The notes below the pieces were generated by a model. It did not search any database. It saw nothing but the letters and a program-made list of their open reading frames with translations, and was not told where the DNA came from. Shown one piece after another: positions 17,736 to 27,409 of a DNA stretch of 64,000 nucleotides; positions within the stretch are counted from its first letter, which is position 1, and every line of letters begins with the position of its first letter. Position numbers and translations under genes: made by a program. The stretch is taken from positions 71,800-135,799 of the forward strand of contig JBMFRB010000006.1 in the NCBI GenBank assembly GCA_049968255.1, in the 5' to 3' direction. Source of the stretch: Candidatus Sumerlaeaceae bacterium (GTDB lineage Bacteria; Sumerlaeota; Sumerlaeia; Sumerlaeales; Sumerlaeaceae).

Positions 17736-20700
17736 ATGCTAACCGCCTATAAAAAACGGCTTTTTTTGAGTTTTCAAGTGTTTTTTGCATGCCTGTGTGG
17801 GTTATCACTTTCTTTCGCGCAAGAACCTAAGAATAGCCCACTTAGCGGTGTTATTGTTGGGCCGGATCAACGTCCTATCAAGGGGGCGAGCATTGATTTT
17901 TTGCCGGCTCGTGCAGAATTTCAGCTCCCCGAAGATCTTGTGCCCCGCGCGAGCGTGGTGAGCGACGATGGCGGGAATTTTTCCCTGCCAGTAGAAGCTA
18001 GCAGAGATTTTGTGATCATTGCCCACGCTCCTGGCTTTCGCCGTGCGCGTTTTGCCTTCACCGATTTGCCTAAGGGTTATACAAAAGTTGGCCTAGCGCT
18101 TGAGCGAGGAGAAAACATCCGCGGGACCGTGATGGATGCGATCACTGGCCAGCGTATTGGCGATGCGGAAATCGGACCTGTGGTGTTGTCTCCAGACGAG
18201 GATATGTCGCTAACAAAAAAACATGTTCCAGTGTGGACGCGAAGTGCGCCAGATGGGAGTTTTACGATTGATGGCCTCATGCCAAGGCGCGCGTTTCAGT
18301 TCTTGGTGCGCAAGCCAGGATACGAGCTCGAAAATGTTCAGGCGAAAGCAGGGGTGGACAATCTTGTTGTTCGCCTGAAAAAAGGGGGGTCACGCGTGAA
18401 CGGCGTCGTGGCCTCGCCATCACAGCCCCCGGAGAAATTTGCTGGGCAACGTGTGTGGCTGAATGGCAACGGTTTCAATTTCATTACGAAAACAGACAGT
18501 CAGGGACGTTTCGTTTATGAGGGCCTGCCGCCAGGCAATTTTAGCATCGAGGCCCTTGTGGAACATCCCCGAGTGTCGCAAGTGCAACTGATCGAGCTTC
18601 CCCGCGACAATGGCAAGGAACTGCGGGTCCTGGTGAGCGAGGGATACTGGCTGAGCGGAACTGTGTATGACGCAACAACAAGCACCCCCGCGGCGGGGGT
18701 GGTCCTGAAGGTGGAGGATAGAATCACGACGAGTGGGCGCGACGGAGCTTTTCGCATCGGACCGCTGTGGCTCGTTGGAAAGCCGACCATCGAAATTCTT
18801 GAGGAGTCGGGCTACGTGCTAGCCTCTCCCCCACTAGGTGCGCTTGTGGTGCAGGGCGAAACTGACGGTTTCCGTAACATCGACGGGGACACCGTGTGGG
18901 TGCGGCCTATCAGGCGTGTGCAGGTGAAGGTTGCGGGCTATGATCTGACGACCCAGCCCCTACAACTTGTCTTCGTGGGGGAAAACGGTGCGGGCATCGT
19001 GGAGCGCATGACCACAGATGTTCACGTTCTGCGGCTCAAGACTGAGCAAGGGGGAATTTTGTGGTGCACAGACAATCAATCATGGGCGACGCGGTTGGCG
19101 AGTGTCGGCAAGGCGGCCCCACCTTTGGCAAAAGTGTCATTGACGTTGCAGCCGAGTGCACAAGTACAAGGACGTGTGCTTCGCCCGGGGGATGGGGGGA
19201 CAACGTCGGCCCGACCTACGGTGCGATTGATCCCGGAAAAGCTCGTATCGCACGCCCTTGATCACATTCCTGCCGTATATGAGACGGGGACGGCGGCAGA
19301 TGGCTGGTTCCGTTTCCCATGCGTCTCTGCCGGCGATTACAGATTGGTTGCTGCAGCCGCTGGGGGGACAGTTGAACGTAGCCGCACAGTCACGCTTGCT
19401 CCTGGACAACAGCTGACAGTTGATGTGGAACTCCCAGCTGGCAAGCGTTTTGCGGGGATCGTGCGCGACGAGAAGAAACAGGTGTTGGGCGGTATGCCAG
19501 TGCGCTATTACGTCCGCGCGGCAGACGGCTCGAACAAAGCCGGCATGGTGGAAACGGATGCACAGGGGCAGTTTGAGGTCAAGGAGCTCGACGGCGAAGT
19601 GCTGTCGCTCGTTCAGGTCGAGCGCAAAGGTTATGTGAGGTGGGAGCGCCGGGATATTGCGTTGCCCTGCGACAACCTTGAGATTGTGCTCAAGATGGAG
19701 ACGGCCTTACCCTTCTTGGTGCAGACCGCTCCTTCCGAACAATGGCAAGTCTTTCTGATGAGGGTGGATGCGTGGGGAAGCGGCACCTATGCAAAGCAGT
19801 TACTAGGGCGCGAAGTGGCGTCGGCGCGTGTCATTGGTGGATCCCAAGATGCATTCCCATCGCCGCCTGAGGGGCGCTACCGGATTGTTGCTGTGGGGAC
19901 AAGTGGCACGAGAGTCGGCGTGTCAGACGAGATCGCTTGGGATCCAGCAAAAGGGTTGCCGGCGCCAGTCATTGTCGTGCCGGACAAAACCGGTCAGCTC
20001 CGCGTAGAATTCGAAAATGCTCAGATTGAACAGGGAGAGCTCGTGGCAACGAACATGATACTACCGGAATCGCTGAGCGCTGCCGAACATGCGATTGCCA
20101 ATGTAGAAGGTGACAGCGCCGTACTGACGAATTTGCCGCCCGGGGATTATTTGGTGATCCTCACAAGTTCCACATTCAACGCGAGCGCCATCAATGTGCG
20201 TGTGGAAGCCGGCCGGATGTCCACCGTGAGACTTCGTCCGATGGATCTCGGAGTGATCGAAGGACGTGTTCGCAAGGGACAAACGCCTCAGCCGGGTGTG
20301 CGAATCACTATCAAATCTCAAACCGACGCATCGTTCCAGCCAAAAGTGACGGGGAGCGACGAGGGGGGGATGTTCCGTATAGAAGGGTTACCGGCCGATC
20401 TTTACGTGATCGAAGCGGAAGAGGGCACTGCTGAGCAGGGCGTGCGACACGTGCGCAAGAGTGCGACGATTCCGCCAGAGGGCGGCACAGTGAGTGTGGA
20501 GATAGACCTCGCTCCGCCGCCGCGGATCAGCTTCAGTTTACCAGCTTCGATGACAGTAAAGCCCGGCGCAGAGGTTGTTCTGCTGTCGCGCGAGTCGGGG
20601 GATACCATTCGGCCTGAATGGCGCGATGGCGTCCTTGAAGCCAGCATTGCGCCGGGAGTCTATACGGTGTCCGTTGGCGATGCCCCTCTCGGCGCAATCC

Positions 20701-20738
20701 GGATTGATGCGGAAGGGCACGTCGAATCCGCGGAGTAG
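17736..20738 (+). CDS. Secreted protein with multiple carboxypeptidase-regulatory-like (transthyretin-like) repeats
   Basis: Signal peptide; repeated G.V...P..GA...T..DG.F...GLP.G.Y motifs over about 1000 aa; start placed at MLTAYKK. Confidence 0.82.
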   Translation: MLTAYKKRLFLSFQVFFACLCGLSLSFAQEPKNSPLSGVIVGPDQRPIKGASIDFLPARAEFQLPEDLVPRASVVSDDGGNFSLPVEASRDFVIIAHAPGFRRARFAFTDLPKGYTKVGLALERGENIRGTVMDAITGQRIGDAEIGPVVLSPDEDMSLTKKHVPVWTRSAPDGSFTIDGLMPRRAFQFLVRKPGYELENVQAKAGVDNLVVRLKKGGSRVNGVVASPSQPPEKFAGQRVWLNGNGFNFITKTDSQGRFVYEGLPPGNFSIEALVEHPRVSQVQLIELPRDNGKELRVLVSEGYWLSGTVYDATTSTPAAGVVLKVEDRITTSGRDGAFRIGPLWLVGKPTIEILEESGYVLASPPLGALVVQGETDGFRNIDGDTVWVRPIRRVQVKVAGYDLTTQPLQLVFVGENGAGIVERMTTDVHVLRLKTEQGGILWCTDNQSWATRLASVGKAAPPLAKVSLTLQPSAQVQGRVLRPGDGGTTSARPTVRLIPEKLVSHALDHIPAVYETGTAADGWFRFPCVSAGDYRLVAAAAGGTVERSRTVTLAPGQQLTVDVELPAGKRFAGIVRDEKKQVLGGMPVRYYVRAADGSNKAGMVETDAQGQFEVKELDGEVLSLVQVERKGYVRWERRDIALPCDNLEIVLKMETALPFLVQTAPSEQWQVFLMRVDAWGSGTYAKQLLGREVASARVIGGSQDAFPSPPEGRYRIVAVGTSGTRVGVSDEIAWDPAKGLPAPVIVVPDKTGQLRVEFENAQIEQGELVATNMILPESLSAAEHAIANVEGDSAVLTNLPPGDYLVILTSSTFNASAINVRVEAGRMSTVRLRPMDLGVIEGRVRKGQTPQPGVRITIKSQTDASFQPKVTGSDEGGMFRIEGLPADLYVIEAEEGTAEQGVRHVRKSATIPPEGGTVSVEIDLAPPPRISFSLPASMTVKPGAEVVLLSRESGDTIRPEWRDGVLEASIAPGVYTVSVGDAPLGAIRIDAEGHVESAE

Positions 20739-20878
20739 CAGGGCGCATTCCTGCGCGCTTGGGTTCCATTGGATAGGATAATTTGAAGCCGTCCTGCGGC
20801 TGGTCATCAGCTTTGGCGGCGATGGTTGCCGCCATTTCCGAAGGAAAACTCGGCGGCTCCCTGCCATGCCGAGGGCGG

Positions 20879-23248
20879 CTATTTTATGATGAGTTTGGCC
20901 ACCCGTGCATTGCCCTCGCGGTCAACCACGCGCAGTCGCAGGAGATGCTCGGTCGCTTTTTCCTTTGGCTCCACTTCGAAGCAGAACGTTTCTTTTTCGC
21001 TATCAAATATCCCGTCCTCGGGTAAGAGCGCATACCACGTTGATTCGGAATCGAGGCAATAGCTGGCGGAGGCAAGAATAGAGAGGGCATCCCCGGCTTG
21101 GGCTCGAATTTCCCAGCGGTTGGCACCGAGTTTTTTTGCTGCCAGCTGAGGGACGTCGGGCGGTGTGTTATCAATGGTGAAAGTGCGGCTGACAATAGTG
21201 GCGGAACTGGCGACATCTTCGGGATTTTGCTGGCGGTCAGAGGCCACCACTTGAATTTGGTAACGCCCATCAGGGAAGAGGGACGCGTCGAGAACATAAC
21301 GAGTGTTCGTGTACTCCTTTTCGAGCGTCTGCCATTCGGTCTCATCGTCGGCTTTGAGGGCGACGCGGTAAATGAGCTTGTCGCCGTTAGGATCGCTAGC
21401 ATCCCAGCTGACACTGAATTTGTTTGAGTTGGTTGGGGCACCGAGAGCGGTGGCTGGCGGTTGACCGGAGGGCGAGGTCGGCGCATCGGGCCGGGAACTG
21501 GCCATGGCCGCGAGAAGAGCATTGAGTCCTCCGGATGAGATGGATGGGCGCGAGCCGGTTTGCAAATCTGGTCGGCCGGGGGTGCCGGTCGCCCCAGCCG
21601 TGGGGGTCGAACTGGGTTGAGGTTGGGATGAGGGCGGCGTGGCTTCACCACCGATTTTCTCGACTTTGATGGATTTCAGAACAGGCGATGCGTTGCGTTG
21701 CACATAGAAGAACTGGAGGGCGTCCACTGAAGGCAGTGCACCGTCGGGAGCCGCTTCGAGGCGGAGGCGGTACTGCAAATACTGGGCTACGGGCATCCCT
21801 GTTTTCCAAAGCGAGTCGCCAGCGGGCGAGGCTTTTTGCCATGCGCTCCAGGTTTTGTCGAAAGGATCGGGTGTGTTGCCCGTGCGAGTATCGAGCGAAA
21901 TCCTCGAGCCTTGGGGAACTTCGGCCTCGCTCATGATGTTGCCCCAGACAACGATCGTGCCGGCATCGATAGGACGGGATGCGTAGAGGCCGGAAGTGGT
22001 CACACGCTCGCCGAGGGCGTAAACCGCGGCACGGTCAGCGGTGGTGAAGTAGATAGTCTTGTGATGAGAGGTAAACGACAGTGCACACTGCTCCTCGACA
22101 TCAGCGACCAGCGAATAGTTTGTATCGCCAAGAAGCCGGTAAATTTTGCCATGGCTTCCCGCCGCCACATAGATTCCCTTGCCCTCGGGATCAGCGACGA
22201 TGGCATGAATTGGAGCTTCGGGAGCAGTCCAAAAAGTGGAGGCAAATCCCGTTGGCTCAATTTTCACGACCTGGCTTTGGCCGCCGAGTCCGGCAAGGCT
22301 ACTCGTCATCGAAGCCAATGCTTCGCGAAGGGCATCGGCGCGCGCCGTAGCCGATGGTTGAGGTTGGCCTGGTGCTTGAGGGGGCGAAGCACCTTGGGGT
22401 GCCTGCGTTTCGGTGCGCAAGCGATCGAGTACGGAAGCAAGGCGAGCACTGTTGACAGCGACAAAAATGTTGCCGCTAGCATCCACAGCAAGGCCGCGGC
22501 ATTCGTCGTCGCTGGCTGCATAACGAACATGCAGGCTGTGCGCTTTGGGGATTTCGAGAACGTAGGCTTTGCCCTGCGTGGCCGCGAGCAAGGAGCCGGT
22601 GCTCATGAAGCCGAGAGCCATGACGTTTGTGGCCGGCGTGTCGCAATACACTTCGCCGTTATTGGGGCCACGGATGCGGAAAATTTTGCCATGGGGACCC
22701 GTTGCTGCATAGAGCACCCCATCGCGGTCGAAAATGAGATCCCAAATTTGTTGCTCTTTTGTGTCGAAGTAGAGCTCCGGTTTGCCTGCCTGAACGACGC
22801 GGTAAATTTTCCCGCTGGGCGAGGCACCGACAAGCACTCCGCCCGTAAAATCCACGACGATGGCCGTGGCCTCGACTTCGGGGAGGTCCGCCCACAGTTC
22901 AGTCTTGCCGTCGGGCTGCACGCGCCAGACCTTTCCCTCGTGGCCAGTGGCGACAAACAAATTATCATCATAGCGGTCGAGTGCTACTTTCCAGGCAATC
23001 GCGTCGTCGGTGCGTGCAAGACGCTTAGGCAGGGGGCCGATGGTTATTTTACCTTCGGCGAGGATCTCGGTTCCCGTCGTTTCTCCCCGATAGAAATCGG
23101 TGAAGGTGTCGTCGCGGAAAACTTTGGTTTCGACGCCAAACGCCGAAAAAGCTACGATCGAAATAAAGGCACCGAAAAGCATGGGCAGCAAATGATTGTT
23201 GCTGACGGCTTCACTGCCTTGAATCCATGTCGAAGCGTTCGATTTCAT
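20879..23248 (-). CDS. Secreted beta-propeller protein with C-terminal FN3/Ig-like domains
   Basis: Signal peptide; repeats ATGHEGKVWRV, ASPSGKIYRV, ATGPHGKIFRI and AAGSHGKIYRL; YLQYRLRL; WDASDPNGDKLIY...PDGRYQIQVVASD...IDNTPP. Confidence 0.8.
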   Translation of the reverse strand: MKSNASTWIQGSEAVSNNHLLPMLFGAFISIVAFSAFGVETKVFRDDTFTDFYRGETTGTEILAEGKITIGPLPKRLARTDDAIAWKVALDRYDDNLFVATGHEGKVWRVQPDGKTELWADLPEVEATAIVVDFTGGVLVGASPSGKIYRVVQAGKPELYFDTKEQQIWDLIFDRDGVLYAATGPHGKIFRIRGPNNGEVYCDTPATNVMALGFMSTGSLLAATQGKAYVLEIPKAHSLHVRYAASDDECRGLAVDASGNIFVAVNSARLASVLDRLRTETQAPQGASPPQAPGQPQPSATARADALREALASMTSSLAGLGGQSQVVKIEPTGFASTFWTAPEAPIHAIVADPEGKGIYVAAGSHGKIYRLLGDTNYSLVADVEEQCALSFTSHHKTIYFTTADRAAVYALGERVTTSGLYASRPIDAGTIVVWGNIMSEAEVPQGSRISLDTRTGNTPDPFDKTWSAWQKASPAGDSLWKTGMPVAQYLQYRLRLEAAPDGALPSVDALQFFYVQRNASPVLKSIKVEKIGGEATPPSSQPQPSSTPTAGATGTPGRPDLQTGSRPSISSGGLNALLAAMASSRPDAPTSPSGQPPATALGAPTNSNKFSVSWDASDPNGDKLIYRVALKADDETEWQTLEKEYTNTRYVLDASLFPDGRYQIQVVASDRQQNPEDVASSATIVSRTFTIDNTPPDVPQLAAKKLGANRWEIRAQAGDALSILASASYCLDSESTWYALLPEDGIFDSEKETFCFEVEPKEKATEHLLRLRVVDREGNARVAKLIIK

Positions 23249-23954
23249 AGACTCATTTCCGTCAAGTCATGTGACAACGGCAACCGCGAATTTTCATTCG
23301 CTCAGCCAGTTGTGCAGGACATTGGGAGCAAGAATCAATTTCGACTTTACCCCCTTGTGCGGCGCAAACTCTCGGGTAAAAACTAGGTCCTGGCGCATTT
23401 TGTGTTGTTTTCGGAACGAAGGAGCATCGGACGGATAATCGGCGTCTGGAATACGCGATTGGAAACGAACTCAAGAAGGAGAAGGTTATCGAGACGCGTG
23501 TTTGCGTGGCTGGGTTGGGCATGGGAGGAGTTGCAAAGGGACACGTGATACTTTTGTGAGCAATCGGAAGAAAATCCCCTAACCGTCGAGCTACGTGAAG
23601 CAACCTTAGGTCCGTGCGACTCCATTAATGTCGCATGCCGCTAGATAACGGGAAAATTTCAGCTCAATCCCACCAACGATCTGCGTGGCAAATTTGTCCA
23701 GCGAAGCGCGGAAACCAGAGAAACAGATTATCATATTAATTAAATTTAGCGAGTTCAGCTCTTGCTCTCCCAAGTATGCGATATTTCGAGAAAGAAACGA
23801 AATGCGGTGCCTCTCTGGCAGGGTGGTGTTTTAGGGATCACAGCGATGGGTGGTGTTTCTTTTTTTGACATCCGCCGATAAACTAGTTCTTGCGGACAAG
23901 ACGGTTGCCCAGCAAGGGTCCGGCATGAGCTCTCGATGAAAGGATCTTTTCCCT

Positions 23955-26900
23955 ATGCGCCCATGGCCATGTTTTTGGTATTTGAGGCGGTTAGCCGGTG
24001 TGGCAGTCTTTGTAAGTTCTGTAGCATTCGGTGTGCCTCAACCTGCCCAAAATATCTCACTGGCCGGACTTGTGGCCGCTGATAGCACGCCGCTTCTCCC
24101 CAAGCGCACCAAGGTTGTGAAAACAGAAATGCTGACGACTGGGGTAGTGATTGAACTCTCAAAGGAAGCCGTGGACCGGCCATGGCGTCCGGAGGATATT
24201 CGTCTGCTGGAGGATGGGCTAAGACGAGCGGCAAGCATCGCCATGACCTCGCAAGTAGTTGTGCGTGTGGGTGGCCGGCCGCTCGAAGACTACGTAGCAC
24301 CTTTTTTCCGGTCCGAGCGCAAGCCGCGATGTGGTCCTTCGAAGGCGCCGCCCCGCTCCGCGGCTCCGTTGCGCGAAATGGTTCGTCCCCGCGGAGCGCC
24401 TGTGCCTTTGCAGGGGCTTGCCGGCAGACACATCGTGGTATGGCCGAGCCATGGCCTTTATTATGACAAAGCGAGCGGCCGATGGATGTGGCAGCGGCCC
24501 CGAATGTTCACAACAGTAGAAGACCGCCTGACAATGTCGGTGGTGAACGATTATCTTATCCCGATGCTCGAGCGCGCGGGCGCCACTGTGATTTCATGCC
24601 GGGAGCGGGATGCCCAGATCCATGAGATCATCGTGGACGACGGGGACGGCACGAGAGGGGCCAACGGCACCTTCGAGACCAGCGGCTTTGCCCCAAGTGA
24701 GGCGCCGGGCTTCGCGAATGGGAAAGCCCCTTATGCCGAGAACGTGAATCCGCACGCGCTTGGCACAACCCAGGTGAGCGACGGCAGGGAGCTAACGGCT
24801 TTTGCCCGCTGGACGCCGCGGATTCCTGCCGACGGGGATTATGCGGTTTACGTCTCGTATAGCGCGGCCCCGCAGCGCTCATCGCGTGCCCACTACCGCG
24901 TGCGTTATTGGGGCGGAGTGTGTGATGTCCTCATCAATCAGCAGATGGCTGGCAACATGTGGGTTTATCTTGGCACATTCCATTTCCGTGCGGGGCAATC
25001 GGCTACGGATGGGAGCGTGGAATTACTGAGGGAGGGCTCTGCGTCGGGCTCGCTGAGTGCTGATGCCGTAAAATTCGGCGGCGGGATAGGAAATGTGATG
25101 CGTGAGGGGCGATCGAGTGGTTACCCTCGTTACCTGGAGGCAGCACGCTATTGGTTTCAGTACACCGGAGCTGACCCAGCGCTCGTCTATGCTTTCGGAA
25201 AGCACGCGGGAAACGATTACACCGAGGATTACGTGGGGCGCCCGGAATTTGCTAACTATTTGGTGGGTGCCCCGCGGGGACCAAACGCGGATCGCAATGC
25301 TCCTGGAAAAGGTGTGCCCGTGGACTTAGCTTTTGCACTGCACACCGACGCAAGCGTCTCCACAGGAACGGTCGGCACCCTGGCCATTTATCGGTTGGAG
25401 GACGAATCGAAATCGGAGTTTTTCCCAGATGGACGCGATAGAATGCTCAACCGTGATTTGGCGGACCTGGTGCAAACGCAGCTCGTTGACGACATTCGTG
25501 CGCAGTTTTGCAGCACGTGGAACAGGCGCGAGCTGGCCGACCGCGACTACGCGGAAGCGCGAAGGCCAAACGTTCCGTGCGTACTCATCGAGGCACTTTC
25601 GCATCAGAATTATGATGATATAAAGTTTGCACTCGATCCCACTTTCCGGGAGGTATGGGCTCGGGCGATTTATAAGGGAATGCTGCGCTTCTTGGCTACA
25701 GAGTACGGCTACGACGCCGTGGTTGCACCGTTGCCCCCTCGCCTGATCGCGGCACGCGTGGAGGGAAGGCAAGTACGGCTCGAATGGGAACCCACTCCTG
25801 ACCCATTTGAGCCGACTGCTACGCCTGCTGGCTACATCGTTTACCGAAAAATTGGCCACAGCGGTCTCGACAGCGGAACTTACGTCGGGAATTCCACTTC
25901 CGCAATTCTGCCGCTCTCTTCCAGCAACCCTGGCACTGTGGAAAGCTTCTGCGTGTCTGCGGTAAACGCTGGGGGAGAATCGTCGCTGTCGGACGTTTAC
26001 AGTGTGTGCGTGGGAAGTGGAAGGCGTGCATTGGTCGTACACGGTTTTGACCGGATCTCCCCGCCAGCTCTGGCCGCATCGCAGGGACCAAATCCTGATT
26101 CGTTGGGAGGGACAAGTTTTGAGGGAGTGAATCGTGCGCTGGATCGTGGCGTGGCCGATCGTTGGAACTCCCCCCTGGTCGGTGATCAGTTTGATTTTGA
26201 TCGGGCACACGCGTGGCTACGAGATGATTCACCTTACACGAACGATCATCCCGGCCACGGTGCTTCTTTTGGCGACTTGGAAACAACGTGCGAGCTCGGA
26301 CGGACGCCGGATCTCGCACTGCGGCATGCGGAGGTGCTGGCTGCCCTGGGTTTTGGCGTAGAGACCATTTCAGCAAACGATTGCCCCAAGTTGCCCACCG
26401 CGGCTGCTGCGCAACGGTATGAAGTGATAGACCTTCTCTTCGGGGAGCAGCGCACGACTCTCCCACCGCCACCGCATGATCCGCAAGGTGCAGTGGCGGA
26501 TCGCATGGGGCCACGGTTCGAGGTTTGGCCTGTCGCCTTGCGGCAATGGGTGCGGGAGCTGACGGCCCAACGGGTGACCATGATCGCATCGGGCGCGTAC
26601 GTGGCCTCAGATCCTGTGGTCGGTGCTCTTGCATCAGGCGAGACGAAGTCGTTTGTCCGCGACGTGCTGCGCTGCAAGTGGACCGCCGAGCGCGCCACGA
26701 CGAGAAACGATGTACGCACGCTGAGTTCGTCGCTACAGGTCCATGTGAGTTTAGGGGTTGGAGAAGATGGTGTTTATGGTGTGGAATCGCCCGGCGGCAT
26801 TGCTCCAGCTCACAAGAGCGGCAAGTTGGTTTTGCGCTATGTCGACACGGGTGTTGGGGCGGGTATCGTTGACCAGGTGAACCAAGCTCGCATCGCTGTG

Positions 26901-26972
26901 GTGGCGTTTCCGCTCGAGTGTGTCGTGGGCTTTGACGCACGCCGAGCAATCTTCGAAGAACTCTTGAGGTGA
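23955..26972 (+). CDS. Amidase_3-like protein with inserted golvesin/Xly-CBD domain and FN3 domain (family often annotated as xanthan lyase)
   Basis: LAGRHIVVWPSHG...WQRPRMFTTVED...ERAGA; golvesin block (WTPRIPADGDYAVYVSY...INQQMAGNMWVYLGTF...ADAVKFGGG); ALHTDA, IEALSHQN; FN3 WEPTPDP...AVNAGGES. Confidence 0.8.
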   Translation: MRPWPCFWYLRRLAGVAVFVSSVAFGVPQPAQNISLAGLVAADSTPLLPKRTKVVKTEMLTTGVVIELSKEAVDRPWRPEDIRLLEDGLRRAASIAMTSQVVVRVGGRPLEDYVAPFFRSERKPRCGPSKAPPRSAAPLREMVRPRGAPVPLQGLAGRHIVVWPSHGLYYDKASGRWMWQRPRMFTTVEDRLTMSVVNDYLIPMLERAGATVISCRERDAQIHEIIVDDGDGTRGANGTFETSGFAPSEAPGFANGKAPYAENVNPHALGTTQVSDGRELTAFARWTPRIPADGDYAVYVSYSAAPQRSSRAHYRVRYWGGVCDVLINQQMAGNMWVYLGTFHFRAGQSATDGSVELLREGSASGSLSADAVKFGGGIGNVMREGRSSGYPRYLEAARYWFQYTGADPALVYAFGKHAGNDYTEDYVGRPEFANYLVGAPRGPNADRNAPGKGVPVDLAFALHTDASVSTGTVGTLAIYRLEDESKSEFFPDGRDRMLNRDLADLVQTQLVDDIRAQFCSTWNRRELADRDYAEARRPNVPCVLIEALSHQNYDDIKFALDPTFREVWARAIYKGMLRFLATEYGYDAVVAPLPPRLIAARVEGRQVRLEWEPTPDPFEPTATPAGYIVYRKIGHSGLDSGTYVGNSTSAILPLSSSNPGTVESFCVSAVNAGGESSLSDVYSVCVGSGRRALVVHGFDRISPPALAASQGPNPDSLGGTSFEGVNRALDRGVADRWNSPLVGDQFDFDRAHAWLRDDSPYTNDHPGHGASFGDLETTCELGRTPDLALRHAEVLAALGFGVETISANDCPKLPTAAAAQRYEVIDLLFGEQRTTLPPPPHDPQGAVADRMGPRFEVWPVALRQWVRELTAQRVTMIASGAYVASDPVVGALASGETKSFVRDVLRCKWTAERATTRNDVRTLSSSLQVHVSLGVGEDGVYGVESPGGIAPAHKSGKLVLRYVDTGVGAGIVDQVNQARIAVVAFPLECVVGFDARRAIFEELLR

Positions 26973-26993
26973 AATCAGACAGGCGCGAGGGGA

Positions 26994-27020
26994 GGCGGCA
27001 GCCATTCACTGGCTGCCGCC
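26994..27020. terminator. Hairpin between convergent genes (probable terminator)
   Basis: Perfect 11-bp inverted repeat GGCGGCAGCCA-TTCAC-TGGCTGCCGCC. Confidence 0.6.
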
Positions 27021-27076
27021 CCGCCAGCTTTTCTCTCGCTCACGGCAAAGCTGCTTGCGTCACTTGTCGGCATTGG

Positions 27077-27409
27077 TCACGACGCGAGATAGCGCGCCAT
27101 GGCCTCGAAGGGTTCGTGGCCATCTTCTTCGCGTGTAACCTCGAGCACATCTTCGAGTTTTTCGAGTTGGCGCACCATCTGTTCGAGGCGTTTGTCCTCG
27201 TCGACGAGCAGGAGGATGACGCTGCGTTGGCCATCCTCGACTGGTAGGCAGAGGATCGCTTCTACGTTGAAAGCGCGACGAGCGAAGAGGCCGCAGACGT
27301 GTGACATGACGCCAGGGTGATTGCGCACGAGCAGGCGCAGCACTGGCCGATGTTCGTCGCGTATGATTTCAGCGTTTGGCGTAAGGGCTTCATGTGTTCT
27401 GGCAGACAT
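27077..27409 (-). CDS. ilvN: Acetolactate synthase small (ACT) subunit
   Basis: [29 protein letters not shown]...[14 protein letters not shown]; overlaps the ilvB stop. Confidence 0.92.
   Translation of the reverse strand: MSARTHEALTPNAEIIRDEHRPVLRLLVRNHPGVMSHVCGLFARRAFNVEAILCLPVEDGQRSVILLLVDEDKRLEQMVRQLEKLEDVLEVTREEDGHEPFEAMARYLAS

Noticed and set aside
21836-23386. 516-aa plus-strand ORF, and similar long ORFs such as 25819..27009, 27876..28838, 29057..30349, 9192..10115, 2106..2741 and 3271..4026
   Set aside because: These are antisense shadows of well-supported genes, expected at this GC content and codon bias, and they carry no recognisable motifs
23355-23395. GGCGCAAACTCTCGGGTAAAA resembling part of a c-di-GMP-I riboswitch
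   Set aside because: The upstream GCAAACC...GAAA stem and a P1 helix are not evident
23715-23750. Possible Fur box around ATTATCA
   Set aside because: Only one half-site matches and no iron-related gene is adjacent
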